Of a stretch of 64,000 bases of DNA, positions 40,290 to 54,031 are shown in pieces. Each line of letters opens with the position of its first letter. Position 1 is the first letter of the stretch. The position numbers and the translations under genes are program-made. Under the pieces are notes generated by a model. The model was given only the letters and a program-made list of their open reading frames with translations. It was not told the origin of the DNA and ran no database searches. The DNA is from Botryllus schlosseri (taxonomy: Eukaryota): positions 2,232,001 through 2,296,000 of the forward strand of contig CM119381.1 in the NCBI GenBank assembly GCA_051294905.1, written 5' to 3'.

Positions 40290-40648
40290 TGGATAGAGGT
40301 ATATACGAAATGCTTCAGGTGCGGGAATATTCCCTCGTTCGCACCTATTTACTAAGAAATGATCACGAAGGTCAACACTTGCGCTCTACTTTAATTGTGA
40401 GTTTATTTGTGCAATAAACATAGTTCTGCATTTCTGCCAAAACAGCACGACATTTAGCAATACGTTGAAAACGGATTCGCAATAATCAGCAATCAGCAAC
40501 ACTGCAGTTCATGCATCACCGATCGTCCTTACGACTTCGCAATCCAGTTTGTAGTACCATAATCTTTTACAACGGTGTTACATATTTCATATCACATCCT
40601 TTATCACTACAGAGAGTGATACGTTTGAACGTTCCGCAGTCTCGTGAC

Positions 40649-41171
40649 TAGGGCTGGGCAGTGGGCACAATGATTCGAGTACTCGAATCTGAATCGAGTA
40701 TTAATTTTAATGATTCGAGTCGAGTAGTAAAAGACGATTTTTTCGAGTACTGAAATTATACGCTCTCGCCACTGAAATTTATTTTTATCAGCGAGAATTA
40801 TAGTTTCGATGCTAATTTTCACTGTTGAAGCCGTGAAACCTTGATTGGCCGTATCGTAGCATACGAAACATATAGTACAAAGCTATACGAACGTTACTGG
40901 AAAGCATATTTCCGAAGTCATGATCATCCCACAACATTGTCACCAAGTACAATGAAGTCGGTATGGTCGAAAAAATACCAAAGTATATTTAATGTGATAG
41001 ATAATGGGCATAATATTTTTTGCGGTCGCATAAAAGGAACATATTTGAACTTAACATATTACATTTTGTTATGACGTCATAATGAGTGATACTCGATTAC
41101 TCGACTCGACTCGAAGCATATTGCGTGATTCAGAATCGAATCACTCAGGTACTCGATTTTGCCCAGCCCTA
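40649..41171 (-). mobile_element. hAT MITE, family B (GATTCG/CGAGT repeats)
   Basis: Perfect 12-bp TIR tagggctgggca versus tgcccagcccta; perfect TSD ctcgtgac (40641-40648 and 41172-41179). Confidence 0.95.
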
Positions 41172-41202
41172 CTCGTGACAGTGGTGCTGTATATTGTACT
41201 GA

Positions 41203-41232
41203 CGGGGGCTACGATACTTATCGTAGGCCATC
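41203..41232. mobile_element. Decayed 30-bp palindromic micro-insertion, inverted copy of 26650
   Basis: cgggggctacgatacttatcgtaggccatc matches the reverse complement of 26650-26679 at 26/30; flanks gtactga and gacctga match at 5/7. Confidence 0.65.
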
Positions 41233-41284
41233 GACCTGAACTCGCCGAGTGTGTCCAACTGTCTATAGCACAATGATCATCGGA

Positions 41285-42378
41285 GTGGCGAGATAGCATG
41301 GTGGTATAATCCGCAGCTGCAACACCCAATGGGTTGGTTGCGGGTTCGAGTCCGACCGAGGTCGACTCCAGAATTCCTACCTAAGTGATGGAGGTTTATC
41401 TGGACTCCGCCTCGCCATATCATCCGTGTAGGTCAGGGATGTCAAACATACGGCCCGCCGGATGATTTCATCCGGCCCATGAAGCAATTTCGAGTAGATT
41501 GAAAAATGCGTGCACGTTGAATTAAACAATTAATAATCCCTCAAGACCGCAAATGTCGAATATGTTCATATGTCACTTTGTATAACATTCAGACTGCGGA
41601 CTTGCGGTTTCTAGTCACCATTGGGAACTATAGTCGCTGAAATTGACACCCATTTACGAGAACGCAATAAAATTGGATATTGAGATAAGTTTTTTAACAA
41701 ATTGACCAAAAACGAGTACGGTAATTCACAGAAGCTATACCCTTATATGCAGGTTACAAAGAGAATATAATAGTTACACAGAAATATGAATTGAAATATC
41801 TATGGTCGCATTGTTGCTTCACTTCTGATTCCCCTGAATCGCGACATAATAGTGATGAAGCTAATTCCAACGTTCTCGTTTACAGCTAAAACCTTTGTAT
41901 TCCTTACAACGATACGCAGGGCCGACGCCATTATACGACTAAAACAAGGCAGTATAGAAAAATGCCAACTTACATCATCGTTAGAGCCACTGTTCTAGCC
42001 GCCCAATCATCGCATCATTGCTAATTTCATTGTTGGCGAATAAAGGCGTTTCTACATTAAACTCCTATGACCCGTAATATAACATAATACTGTGTGGGGC
42101 ATGCGAAGTATTCTAATGAAAAACAATGACATTGATTTTGAGGATAATATTTTGGAATCATTTGATTGGTGCGGCCCGCGAGCTATTCGAAGGTTTGAAT
42201 CCGGCCGCAACATAATTTGAGTTTGACGCCACTGGTGTAGGTGGTGTCTTATAAAGCCTAGAAGTGGGCCGTGCTACAAGTGGGCAGCTACGGAATAAAA
42301 ATGAAGAAAATTGACCAGATGTAAATGAAAATAGTCGTCGACAAACACCATTACGACCACACACAATAACAACAACAA
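41285..42378 (+). mobile_element. tRNA-derived SINE split by a Charlie-like hAT MITE
   Basis: Head with A box and gggttcgagtcc B box at 41285-41433; the body resumes at 42235 and runs to an (AAC)n tail. Confidence 0.9.
41434..42234. mobile_element. hAT (Buster/Charlie-like) MITE
   Basis: TIR cagggatgtcaaac versus gtttgacgccactg (11/14); perfect TSD gtgtaggt (41426-41433 and 42235-42242); ggcccgc motifs at both ends. Confidence 0.92.
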
Positions 42379-45300
42379 TCATTGCTAATCACTCCATTTC
42401 TGATTGTTTTGCATGGGTCTGTTGTGAATGAGCTGGGAGTGACTTTTTGTACAAACCCTTCGGGATATTGCGGCAGCTCCCCAAGCGATACTATAGTGTA
42501 GGGATACTCGATTATTGTTAGCAAAGGTCCATGTGTAGAATTCTGAAATTCTCTTACGTCCACTAGGAATCTCACCGACCATTTTTTGGTTTGCTAGATT
42601 TGTGGTGGTGACTAAAAAGGTCAACTCACCCGCCTGTCTGCCAAATCCGCACAATCTACTCATGGATAATAGGTTTTGTTACGATGATGCTATATTTTTA
42701 GTTCGATATCGGTGAAATTTTCGAATCAGAATATGTCAATTGTGAATGTAATGCCGTTAGATGTTACTTTCGCATTTTTGAAATAATTTTCGTAACAATC
42801 CACAATAGTGTCGCCGCCTAAACACGCGTAATGTAGTTGGTTATGCCGTTCATATTTACGTAAGACCTTGATAGCTTCCACCCATATTTACGGCAAACCG
42901 TTTCCTCATGCCAATCTCGGCTTTGCAAAATGCCCTGACCATTACCAATAGAAAGGCCTGTAAATGGATAGAGCGTATGATCTCACAATGCCAAATCTGG
43001 AGTGATCCCCTACTCATAAAACCGGTGTTGTGAGTTCTTTACTTAGCTCTAATCGCTAACGGTGTTGTCTTTGCGCCAATAAAAATATAAATAAAACAAA
43101 TGCGACCGTTCAATTCTAATCAATGACATGGTAACAAAGTCAATATTATGTACAGTCGGCATGTGTTCAGGTGATTTGTGAACAACTGCTCGTAATTCTG
43201 CCTGTGGAGAAATTTGTTTCAGAATTTTGTAGCGTATATGTTTGTTGAAAGGGATAAAATACGGCCTCGAGCTAAGATCATTATTCTTAAATTGATGCTT
43301 TTAAATTCAAGACGTGTTATTAAATATGTATGTATGTCATCTCCAGATAGTCACATAAACATTTGATTTTAATGTTTGCGGACCGATGACGTATTTTATA
43401 TTTATATATGTATTGACCCATAATAATATTGCCTATGGCGCGCATTTAATTTATACTACGCGCACTGTAATAAAGAACGTCTTGAGTTCTATCAGCTACG
43501 TTACTGAGCCCTTCATACCATAACTATTTTTATAGGAACATACATACGCTGTAAAGATATTCCAGAGTGGAGCTCCACTAAAGCTTCGAGTGGAGTGACA
43601 ATAAAATATGGCAAGAATAATACGAACAGCTGTTCCAACAAACCGACCCTTCTGAGATGAACTCACACGATCTCGGGGAAGCTTAAATGTGGAGAGGATT
43701 TCTTTCAATTAAACATCATCAAAGATTGCACATTAATGCCAGTGAGTTACCCCGAAAGCAAAACATTGCGCGTCTCAGCTTCAACAGGGCATACATGTCG
43801 ATACGAACGTGACCCCTTGATGCTGGAGTGACCCAACTTGAATATTTGACGCTTCCACAATTGCGTGGAGAAAATTAACCCTTTGTGGGCGCTCCAGCCG
43901 ACCCAAAGCACTAACATATGGATTTTGAATTGGCATTAAAATAGAAAAGTTACACCAATGTTCCATTTTGCATTCCGATTCTGCTGAACAGTTGCCAACT
44001 CATCTAATGCAAGTATATTATTAGACAGGCGACATCACCGACTTACTACCCACACCTATACGACTTAATAAGGGTGTACGATAATGAAGATAATTGGACC
44101 TACTTAAATATTAATATACCGTAACGCGCCATTATGAATCAGTAGCAATCTCGCCGACATTTTTCAATCGTAGATACGTAGCGATAAGATCGGGAAATGT
44201 CGAGATTTTGGCATGGGGCGGGAGAGTCTGCTAGGTATACCGGTCTCTAGTGTCGTGAAATCCGGATCATAATTTTGAGATGTCAACTTGATACTACCAG
44301 CAATGTCTGAATATGTGGAAATGTTGACCGTTTTTGTTATTTATAACCATATTTACCAGCCGGACAATGCCCAGCCAGTTAGTTATCTAGACATTTGAAC
44401 ATTTAAAGTAGGAAAAAATTATAGATATATAATCTCTACAGTGATGTTTCTTTTCTTCCCCGACTATATTTTGGGATAAATTTCGCAGCTGAAGTTCCGT
44501 AATAGTTGGGAATAGACAGGGTTTGTGCCAGTATGAAATGATAGCACAATAATAATCAATAATCGTCAGATTATATTTTCATCTGACCGAGACACATACA
44601 CAATGTACAATGCGATATACAAGACACACAATGCGGTGTAATGAACAGATGGGGGATACCGTAAGACCAGCCAGTTGGGGTCTTAGAACCTGGCATCCAC
44701 CTCAACGTCGACCTATAGTGCCCGATGTCACAGTGTTATTCGATGTTAACTTTCTTCGTCGATCCTTTTTAAAAGCTATTTCTTGCTCGTTTCTTTCTTT
44801 ATCGGGCATTTTTCTCTGGGCTTTTTGTCGCCGTAGAAACAGAGACTCGCGGAACGAGGAGATCAGAATAACTTTTAAACGGCGGGAATTGAATGCGGGC
44901 CGCCTGCGCCGACGCTCACCACCACGTTATCTCCCACGCACGCACAGCAAGTCCATTCGCGACGGCGCGATAGCAGTGGTGTAGTCTGTGGGTTTGAAAC
45001 TCAAATTTACTCACGGGTCAATTTCGTAGTTTTTGATGGCGTAGCGGGCCGGAACATCGATAATAGGGGTATTCAATGTCTTTCAAAGTAGGCAAGCGGG
45101 CCTTATTTGACGGGACCTCGCAGAATGACATTGCACATCCATCGTGAAAATCCGATATATAATGTAGCAATTCACGGCTGGCAAGACAAAAATCCCATTT
45201 TTAAGTATTTGAATAGAATTGTGTGTGTACTTGCTTTCGACGTGGAAAGCATGTAGCGCATGCATGCGTCGCGTGTTTGAGACCAATGGTTTAGTCATTA

Positions 45301-45386
45301 AGTGTTGGCGTTACACAGTTGTTCTTAATCTTTTCCCTATTCGCACCACTTTGAAATCAGTAACTACTTCTTGGTCCCATATAGAA

Positions 45387-45730
45387 TAGGGTTACCATAT
45401 TTTGGAAATCTGAAAAGAGGACACTTTCAAAATTTGCAGACTTGCAAAACAAGAGGAAAATCCTGAAAAATGGTCAATTTTTCCCACTTCGTGGTCGGTT
45501 GACTAAAAAAAGGTCAACCTTCCGGCTCAGATCCTGATATAGCCGCCGGATCGTTACTTAAGTGCTGCTTTACTGTATCTCAGTCGAACTTTGCCCTAAC
45601 TTTAACCAGAATTCTGAAAAAAGATAACAAAATCTCGAAGAAAGAGGAGATTTGGGCGTCCTCCGAGGACACTTTCAAAAAGTCGAAAAAGAGGACAAAT
45701 CCTGTTAAAAGAGAACGTAAGGTAACCCTA
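45387..45730 (+). mobile_element. hAT MITE, family C (intact reference copy)
   Basis: Perfect 10-bp TIR tagggttacc versus ggtaacccta; TSD atatagaa and ttatagaa (7/8); repeated aagagga(ca) motifs. Confidence 0.9.
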
Positions 45731-48700
45731 TTATAGAACAACGAGAGAAGTGTTGTAGAGTACACGCGTGTAACCATTGTTACTTCCTGCGAACCAGACA
45801 CCAAAGTCATGTTTCGAGTCCCGAGAGGTAACAATGAGAGGGCATTTTTAGACGGCAGTGTGTGGTATGTTCATAACTGAGAAGCCCTACTGCACTAAGT
45901 CTGTCCGTAAAATGCTCTTCGAGCGATGGTTTTAAACTGGCGTCTGCGAACATAGTGAATGTACCATTGCATGTACTCCGGGCGCTGTGCACCATTCTAC
46001 ACAGGACCTCAAAAGCACACACTGAAATCACACCAAGCAGAGTCATCATTACATGTTCACGGTTTGGTGTGGCTGAAACGACACACGAAATTTGTAAAAT
46101 AGCTCCGTGGTAACATGGATCCGAACTTGTAGTGCACCGAATTTTGGGCCGCACCCGGCGTCTTATACTTGACTGTGACTAAGCAGTAAGCTGCTAAGCA
46201 CGCAAGCAGTCTCTGAAGTCATGCGAGATTTATCGGAGTTCTTTCTACCGGAGTGATCCGCGATTCAAGAAGCCGGCCTCGGGATCAGGTCGAATTTGAC
46301 GTTTCTTCACAAAAAGCGAGACCATAGTCGGATCGAGAGAGTTTCCTATCCGATTTGTACTTCTCATTAGACCACTGTTCAGTCCTCACCTGCAAGTGAG
46401 CAAGTTTCTCGTCGCATCCGGATTGAACGAAGGCACATTTTGAATGGAACCAGGCAAGCATCGATTTTAGTAACGAACTATTAGGTCATAAATATTAATA
46501 ATAATGATAGCGTGTTTGAAAATGCGCGATTATCAGGTCAAAGCTTCACACTCGATCACAAGACACATAGTATCACGCATCTGGACGAATTATAAGCTTA
46601 AAACCTCTGCAATTTCATTATCTTCGTGCATCGCCATGTTCCTGATCAAACCACGGGCTGCTTCATCGCCGAAGTGTACTTTTAGTCCAAGACACCTTGA
46701 TGCCCATTCGAATTGAACCGCAGCGACGATATAATCTTGACCGCAATCATTCTTACTTATGTTGTGACGCCCAAAAAAGGTTATGTATTTTACTATAGCG
46801 AGACTCATATTTCAATTGACGGAAGAATAATTGTTTACAATTTAACGCTTCAGTAAAGTAGGTGCACATGCACAGCTCCTACTAGAATTTACTGATGCAA
46901 CTTCACGTCAATGCGTAGTTGCATACCTACACGTCACTATATGTATGGTCGAACACGATGTGCGGTTGCCGATTGACCTAATTATTGTGCGGATACGAGC
47001 CTCGCAGGGCAATATTCAATTCATTCACCAAGCCCTGATGCTCACATTGCATTGCCTCGCTGAATAGAATTGCGCCATCGCCGTCTGCAACATTTGCTCT
47101 CGAAGGTGGCGTGATGCGAAAGCCGTAGAAAAAAATGTGACGGGTTATTTTCGGTCAACCTACGATTTATCGCGCAAAGCCGGTGCCTCTTGTTTATTGA
47201 CAGGATGAGAAGACGTTGTTTTGTTCGGCGAATGTAGGTGCTGTCCCCTGGCCAAAAAGAGGTTACTGCGCTCCGGTAAATAGCAGATAGCACAGCATGA
47301 CTTAACCGGTACCCCTTAAAACCACAATGCTGTAATGCAGTAATTGTATTTTGCACAACTGGCTTGTCGCGAGACTTATTATCTGTTTTCGTACTTGAAA
47401 AATATTGCGGTGTGGTTATGGCGATAACAACTGGTTCGAGGGCTCACATGTCCATTGTCCAGGAATATATGACTCTTCATTCACTTCAATTACGCCATGA
47501 TTCAATTAATATTGATTTGATCGAAGTCAAGTAGGTGCGAGTCGCTGTGATTTTGTGCTCGATTTTGTTATCAAATGTGAGGCATTTAAACAATGAAATC
47601 GAGCAACTTATAAAACCGGGTCAATATCCGTTTCTATGCAATTGATTAGCTGCCGTCCACTCTCCTTCACATTGCTGTGTTAGTTTATCAGTACCATTGA
47701 TGCTGGAAGGTAGGATCTCGTGCCAGAGATGGTTGCGTGCGGCGGATCCCAGATATTCCGTGTGTTTAATCCAGGCATTCGACGCTGGAGTGCACTTGGG
47801 GTAATCAATAAATACGCCAGTCTCACTGGTTCAACAAATATGCTATTCATGCTGGTAGATTAGTGAATGACCACGCATTTTCTCATGTTATTATGGTACG
47901 AGTCATGTCCCGCTATTCAAATTCAAGTCGATGGACGCCTAAATTGTCCGCGCAAAAGAAAAACTATGGCATAGCATACAACATACCGCAATACCAGGCC
48001 TGTGGCTAGATTCTCTGGAGATCGCAAACGCGTAGTTATTGCAATTGTTATGTAACAGAGCGTCACTCGCTATCCGTCACATGAAATTGACGCGCGTTTT
48101 CATTACCGAACTTGGTTTTGGACATGTAAATAGACTGTGCGGTTTTTGAATACGATTCCCGTTGCGCATTGCTCTTGACCAATGGCAGGTATCTTTGCGT
48201 ATTGTGTGGAACAGCTAGAGTAAATTTATGTCCGCGAAAAGTAACAGGATATGCCCTGTTGTTCGTACTTTCCTTCAGTCGTGATGCATACTACACTTTC
48301 TGTAGCCCTCCGTATGGTATATTATCTAATTCCGTAAGGAAGCATCAAAATCCATTAATGTGATTGCGTTAGTATGTCTGTAATAACATTAGCTGTTAGT
48401 CCACACTAAAACTGACGATATGACTTGCTTCCAGGGATGGATTCCTTGCCGAAATGTAGAAAAGTGTGTTAGCGTTAGGGTTCCAATCTGTGTGCCGTGT
48501 GTTAGAGATTTACTACGAAGCCATTAGTTGAATCAATTCTCTCCGGTAATATCTGCTTCGACGCAAGAAAATTTTTCTCGCGGTAACATTTTACGGATCG
48601 AGCTTATCGTGTATCTGCGCATTTTTGAAGTTTTTCGAAATAGTTTGTACCCTAATCAACTCGACTTAATTACGCATCCAGGTTTATGAAAGCCTTCTTT

Positions 48701-49302
48701 GCATGGCGAAGTAAAAGCGCTTGATCAAGATCTGAACATGTGTAAGTAAGTCACGCGCGGATGGATTGCAACCCATCCAATCACAGTTCAGAGTTATAAT
48801 GTAATCAAAGTCTTTGATGTTGGTCTGATACTACTGAGAAAATACCCTTTTCGTAATCCACCCAATTATGCTAATCTGACAACATTTTAATTCAGACTAA
48901 TATTCCGACTTGACTGAGTTATGAAATATTGTCACTTGGTGTAAGCTACAAAATCGGAACATATTCGAGCAGGTTCTCAACTTACAAAGAAGTTGCGTTG
49001 TTCCAGAAACATGAGAACCCCACAATTGTATAGGATCAAGTTTATATAATCTATCAACTTGCAAAATGTATGGACAATAGACCCGTCTCAGTTAATACAG
49101 CGCGATACGCACGGTAGGTTGACTGCGGCAATGTAGAATTAGCCATCCGCAGCCGACGAGTTCAATCCGATTCCAGTGACTTGTTTCAATGCGAGGTAAG
49201 AGCGACACCAGACGGAATATTGTTTTGATCAGACTTAGGAAAACATAGGATGGTGCACCAAACAGTACGCGATAACTGCATCTATACGTTGTGAGTACGA
49301 AG

Positions 49303-49323
49303 ATCATCATCATCATCATCATC
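49303..49323 (+). repeat. (ATC)7 microsatellite
   Basis: Direct reading of the sequence; it accounts for the poly-M start of the 49092-49325 ORF. Confidence 0.95.
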
Positions 49324-51603
49324 ATTGGTTTATTAGCAATTTTATCAGTTCAATACACCACAAAAAATGCGATACAATGAAAAGAAAGGAAGATGTCGAA
49401 GCGACTTGGATGCTGTCATTTTCTATTATGATACCTCTTTCTTTACCTCGCCTACGCCAAGGGGGTATCTGATTTCAAATACTACCGTAATTTGGTGGAT
49501 GAGTCCAGTACAATTTTCTTGCTAAATTTAGTCATCAAAATTCATTAATATGTATACAACGTATTACGTGTGAAAGCTGCGAATGGAAAAATGCTTTGGC
49601 CACTAGACAAATTGCTGAATAGTGTAGTAATGGTCTGCGTTTAGCTAGCTATCTGTACCTTCAGTCATCATACGGCAAATGGCGCAATGTCCATATTGCA
49701 ACGATTTGTAGCCACCTTGTATTGAAATACATTCGCTGTATTCTAGAAAGTCCTATGCGACTGCGGGCTTGTTGATACCGACGCACAGATACACATGTCG
49801 CGCAGGTACGTAAACACAGTCTCACATACACGGAGTTATCCCGTCATGTACTGGACACCTAAAGGGGTACCTTGTTAATTCCATAAGTCAACATCGTGTG
49901 TACACAGTTGTTAACTCTTTGGCGATTCGCGACGTTCTTGCTTTTCGGAAATTGTATCCTGCAGCAGGATATAAGTACGGGTTAATTTGTTTGATATATA
50001 CGTTGTAGGCGTGGGTTGAGAAAAACATATTTACAGAATGTGATGGTTCAAGTCGTATATGATGGCCTGGTAGGTGATAGCGTATGTTTTAAAGCCCGCT
50101 GGCCGTGGACTAGTTTTTATCAGCCATGAGAATGTTAAAGTACGAAAATGAGCTGATAAGACCGCACATGTGCCATTGAAATGAAAAACAATGAACAGTG
50201 CATGTTGCTCCCTAGTACAATAGTTTATCCCCGCAGAAGTTGGAAACAGTATGTTGTCACGGTCTGGTCGTCTTCGTGTGATACTGCAAGGAAAATATTA
50301 ACTAATTTCAGTCCCACGTCGGCCAATATCTCAATCACACAGCAACTTATATTCTTCCATACATGGAAATATATCCTAATTATACACTATTGCCACCTAC
50401 CTTCAAAATGCGGACGCAGTCAAGATAGAACTGTCAGACCATGCAAAAGTCAAAGTCCAGACCCCAGTCACATCAGTCCTATGCATCACCACCACTCAGC
50501 AGTTAGCTTTACTGATAGGTTCATAGATTTCGTATGTGTGAAATAGATATTCCACCTAATGACATTTGTTTTTTTACCATACATGGGAATATTCACATTG
50601 AAAACGAGATACTAAATAGCGTCAGGTGTTTATCAGTTGGGAGGGGATCGTGCTTCAACGTAGAGGCCATGTCGCGCCAGGCACGCGTGTGGGTGTTGTT
50701 AGGATGTAAATGTCTCATCCAGAAGAACTAGCAATGTTGTAAATTGGTATGGTTGTCGTTGGATTGGTTATAGGAGTTGGACTGAGGTACGACCATATTA
50801 TGTAACATGCTCTTGTTTTACATAGGAGAGTTATAAATCAGGAATAACAATGGAGTTATGCATTGGCATCACAAATACGTGGTGTTAGACATGCCGATAC
50901 ATTCTACCGTTAGTGCTTAAATATAAAAGATGATATTCATTTAATTTATACAATCTGCGTCGTCAACAATTCTTTGTTTGCTTAGAGCAATAAATATCAA
51001 CCGCTACTCGATCTCGGTAGGGTTGAAACAGGTTGATACATTTCAAAAGCAGTGTTTGCTGACAGTTCAACGATGGCTTATTGCGGACAAGTAGACCGAC
51101 GTAACCCATAGAGACCTACGCGGTCTCGTGTCGTTAGTTTTTCTAGCTGCGTATAAGAGCCTAGGATAGGTGTAATCAAACCCCACGTTGAAGTAAGAAG
51201 CTATTCTCTCACCATGGGCAAGCAAAGGGGTCACAGTGAGGGCTGAGTCGCGTCGGTGTATCCAAGCGACCGTTTAAAAGTAGTTTGAAGAGTCATTCAA
51301 CTATTTGTCATGTAGATTATTGCCGGAATGAAATAGTGTCGCTAACGCAAATCCGGAATCTCGCTTATTGAATACAAGGTCACACAGGTTCTTCCAGGTG
51401 CCATTACTGCCGTGTCTTTCTCACACTGAAAGCGGCCGCACTACGGCTTGTTGGTAAGCCCCTCTCAGTAAATTAATCAAGTATACATCATTGTCACGTG
51501 GGCATCGCGAACATCCACTAATTACAAAACAACCTTTAACTTTACCAAATATTATATCACTTGAGTGAATAACTGAGGGCATTACCACGATGTAGCCAAG
51601 TTG

Positions 51604-51671
51604 ACATGACGCTCACTAGCGCTAAGCGGGCTACTAAACATGACGCTCACTAGCGCTAAGCGGGCTACTAA
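51604..51671 (+). repeat. Perfect 34-bp tandem duplication
   Basis: acatgacgctcactagcgctaagcgggctactaa occurs twice, at 51604-51637 and 51638-51671. Confidence 0.95.
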
Positions 51672-51733
51672 TAAGTTGTGGGATGAAAGCTGTGTGTTCA
51701 AAAACATATGAATTGATGATACGGCTATACGAC

Positions 51734-51827
51734 GTTCTTTATAATTCTCTTCTAGTTGTTGACGATTACCCCTAATGAGTATCAGCCGAAAAGATCCATG
51801 TTTATTTCAGTATGAATATATCATTCA
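51734..51827. mobile_element. Foldback family A, right arm
   Basis: aattctcttctagttgttgacgattacccc...atgaatatatcattcaa. Confidence 0.8.
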
Positions 51828-54031
51828 AAACATGTTACAAAAAGCGATACCGAAACATGCAGTGGTTTTCATTAACCCGAAAGCCAACGCGCGTGTAGTC
51901 AACGCTCGTCCCAAGGGCCAAAGTTCTTTTTGTCGCAAGCAAAATACGTTTCAAGAAACGCTCTCGACTGGTATCGAAAGCCCTCAGCTTATATGAGTCA
52001 CGTTTTCTATGCCACGATTGAATTGAATGCGACTCATCCGAATGTTTCCTTGGCGTGTCGCCTTTCCTCAGGTAGGCTAGATTGCGCAAAACACGGTATG
52101 TACGTTACAGAACGTATGCAGCGTGCCACTGTAAAAGCACAGTGAGTAACAGAAACATCAGTACAAGTTTCATAACAGGCTTGACTATCAATGGAGAAAA
52201 TAACATCGGCGCCCAGCGGGATCCGCGCCGTATATGGGACTGGAAGTAGGGGCAAGCTGTTTTCTCCACATCATTTCAAAATTGCGTCAGGCATCGATTA
52301 ATACTCGCGTACGGCTCACATTCGCAAAGACGCCTTTGCGCCCACGTTAAATCATCTGATGTCTTTCCTTGCAATACAGCCATCCATGGGCGTATCCAAG
52401 GGAAAAGCGTCCTCGCCCTTTCTCTCATTCTGGATGAACCCAATACTAAAATATGGTTGCCTCTCCCGGATATTAGTTGCGAAACCCAAAGAACCAAGCT
52501 AGTGGTTCAATATATACAGATAAAGATAAACGCTGATTTATAATGATGATTTGCCGTGTAATAATTATAATTAAATTGAAAGACACAAATAAGGAAATGC
52601 TGTTGAGTCGCTACAAGTACCCTGGCATATTTATTAAATACACCGGGAACGAGTTCCTAAATTCGGACGTATAGGTCCCCTTTCCAACTTTTGAGTGTGA
52701 ATACACTCGGTTTTCACTAAGAGTGTATGAGACCCTGTCTATGACTTTTTTTTGTGCGCGGGCACCGGGTCGGTTATCTTTGTTAATGCAGTAAATGTAT
52801 GTGTCAGAGATTGGCCGAAAATACTTATTGGATGTTCTGTATGATGTGCCTGCTATGTAACATGACATCTAGATACGGCGGGGATTTGTACTGTCTCGGA
52901 CCGATGCGAAACGATTGTATCCAGCCAGGCTTCTATACCTCGGGTCAAAACAACGGTTTGGAGGCAACCGGCCGGCTGTAACGAAGCCACAAGGTTCAGA
53001 GTAATATGTCAATCTTACTTTTATAGTTTTGACTTGAGTAAAGTCGAATCATTTTAAATTCACCACCGAGTCAAATCCGAGTCCACGTCAGCGTCCAAAG
53101 GGAGTAAAGGATCGATCCGAGTGATAGTGTTGAGACTTGGAATCGAGTTAGAGTCAAATTGTTTATTCTTGTTCAGGTCACGTTCAACTCATATTTGACA
53201 ACTCTGCTTGGGTGAAACGAATCCCCTGCATTCATAATATATTTGTCTTACTCTTAACAAGAGATGGTCAGTAGTAAACGTTATAGCGACCCAAGTATCC
53301 ATACTTTGTTGGGGTGCTGATCGCTTAATTTTCCATTGAGGAGGTATGCTACATCAAGACTTGCGCTAGTCAAATACCAAACTGGTGGACTGGTGGTATC
53401 AATATCAACCGGGAAATCAATGATCGGAACCGAACTCTGGCTTTTTACGTTGTAAACCGTCCCAAAATCACTTCTCACGCCAGATCGAATATATTAGCAT
53501 CAGTGTAGTTGTAGGAACGGATGTCGTTGACTCTCGCAGGGTTACTACGTGACACAAGACATGCGACGCTCCTCAAAAGCCTTTTCAAAACAATAGCCGA
53601 TCGCATAGGTATTTGCGTGAGGGGTGCGAGACTCGGTTCGTTCTCGGAAGCGTACTACGCTGTTTTGATATGAAGAGATCGAGAAAGGCTGGTGGCAAGA
53701 ACCTAAAAAAGACATATTGCTCATCTAAACTTGGGCTAATGAGAGCGAAATTCCGTTACTGTAATAATTTGTGTAATTTCTCTATGCTACCATTTTAATT
53801 CTAATCTAATTTCTAGTTTTCCTGAAAATGCCACAGGGGAGCTGCATAGTGTGAAACGAACCAAGCCTATACATTTACCGTTCTCATGCTCATCAGAATG
53901 ATGTCTGTCTGATTTGATATGAACTGGACTTTTTTTTTTCGAATTCTGAATTTGATTGAATTCCCAAGCATTTACGAATTCAAAAAATCTAATCTAATAT
54001 GAAAAAGCTGAGGATTTTTGAGTGGTCTAAC

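Noticed and set aside
41285-41365. Functional tRNA gene
   Set aside because: The head has A and B boxes but no convincing acceptor-stem pairing or T-run terminator, and it continues into a repeated SINE body.
46590-46808. Protein-like 72-aa minus-strand ORF
   Set aside because: No identifiable domain or good splice sites.
47204-47275. Candidate 72-nt exon (DEKTLFCSANVGAVPWPKRGYCAP)
   Set aside because: Only generic splice motifs support it; the peptide is not recognisable.
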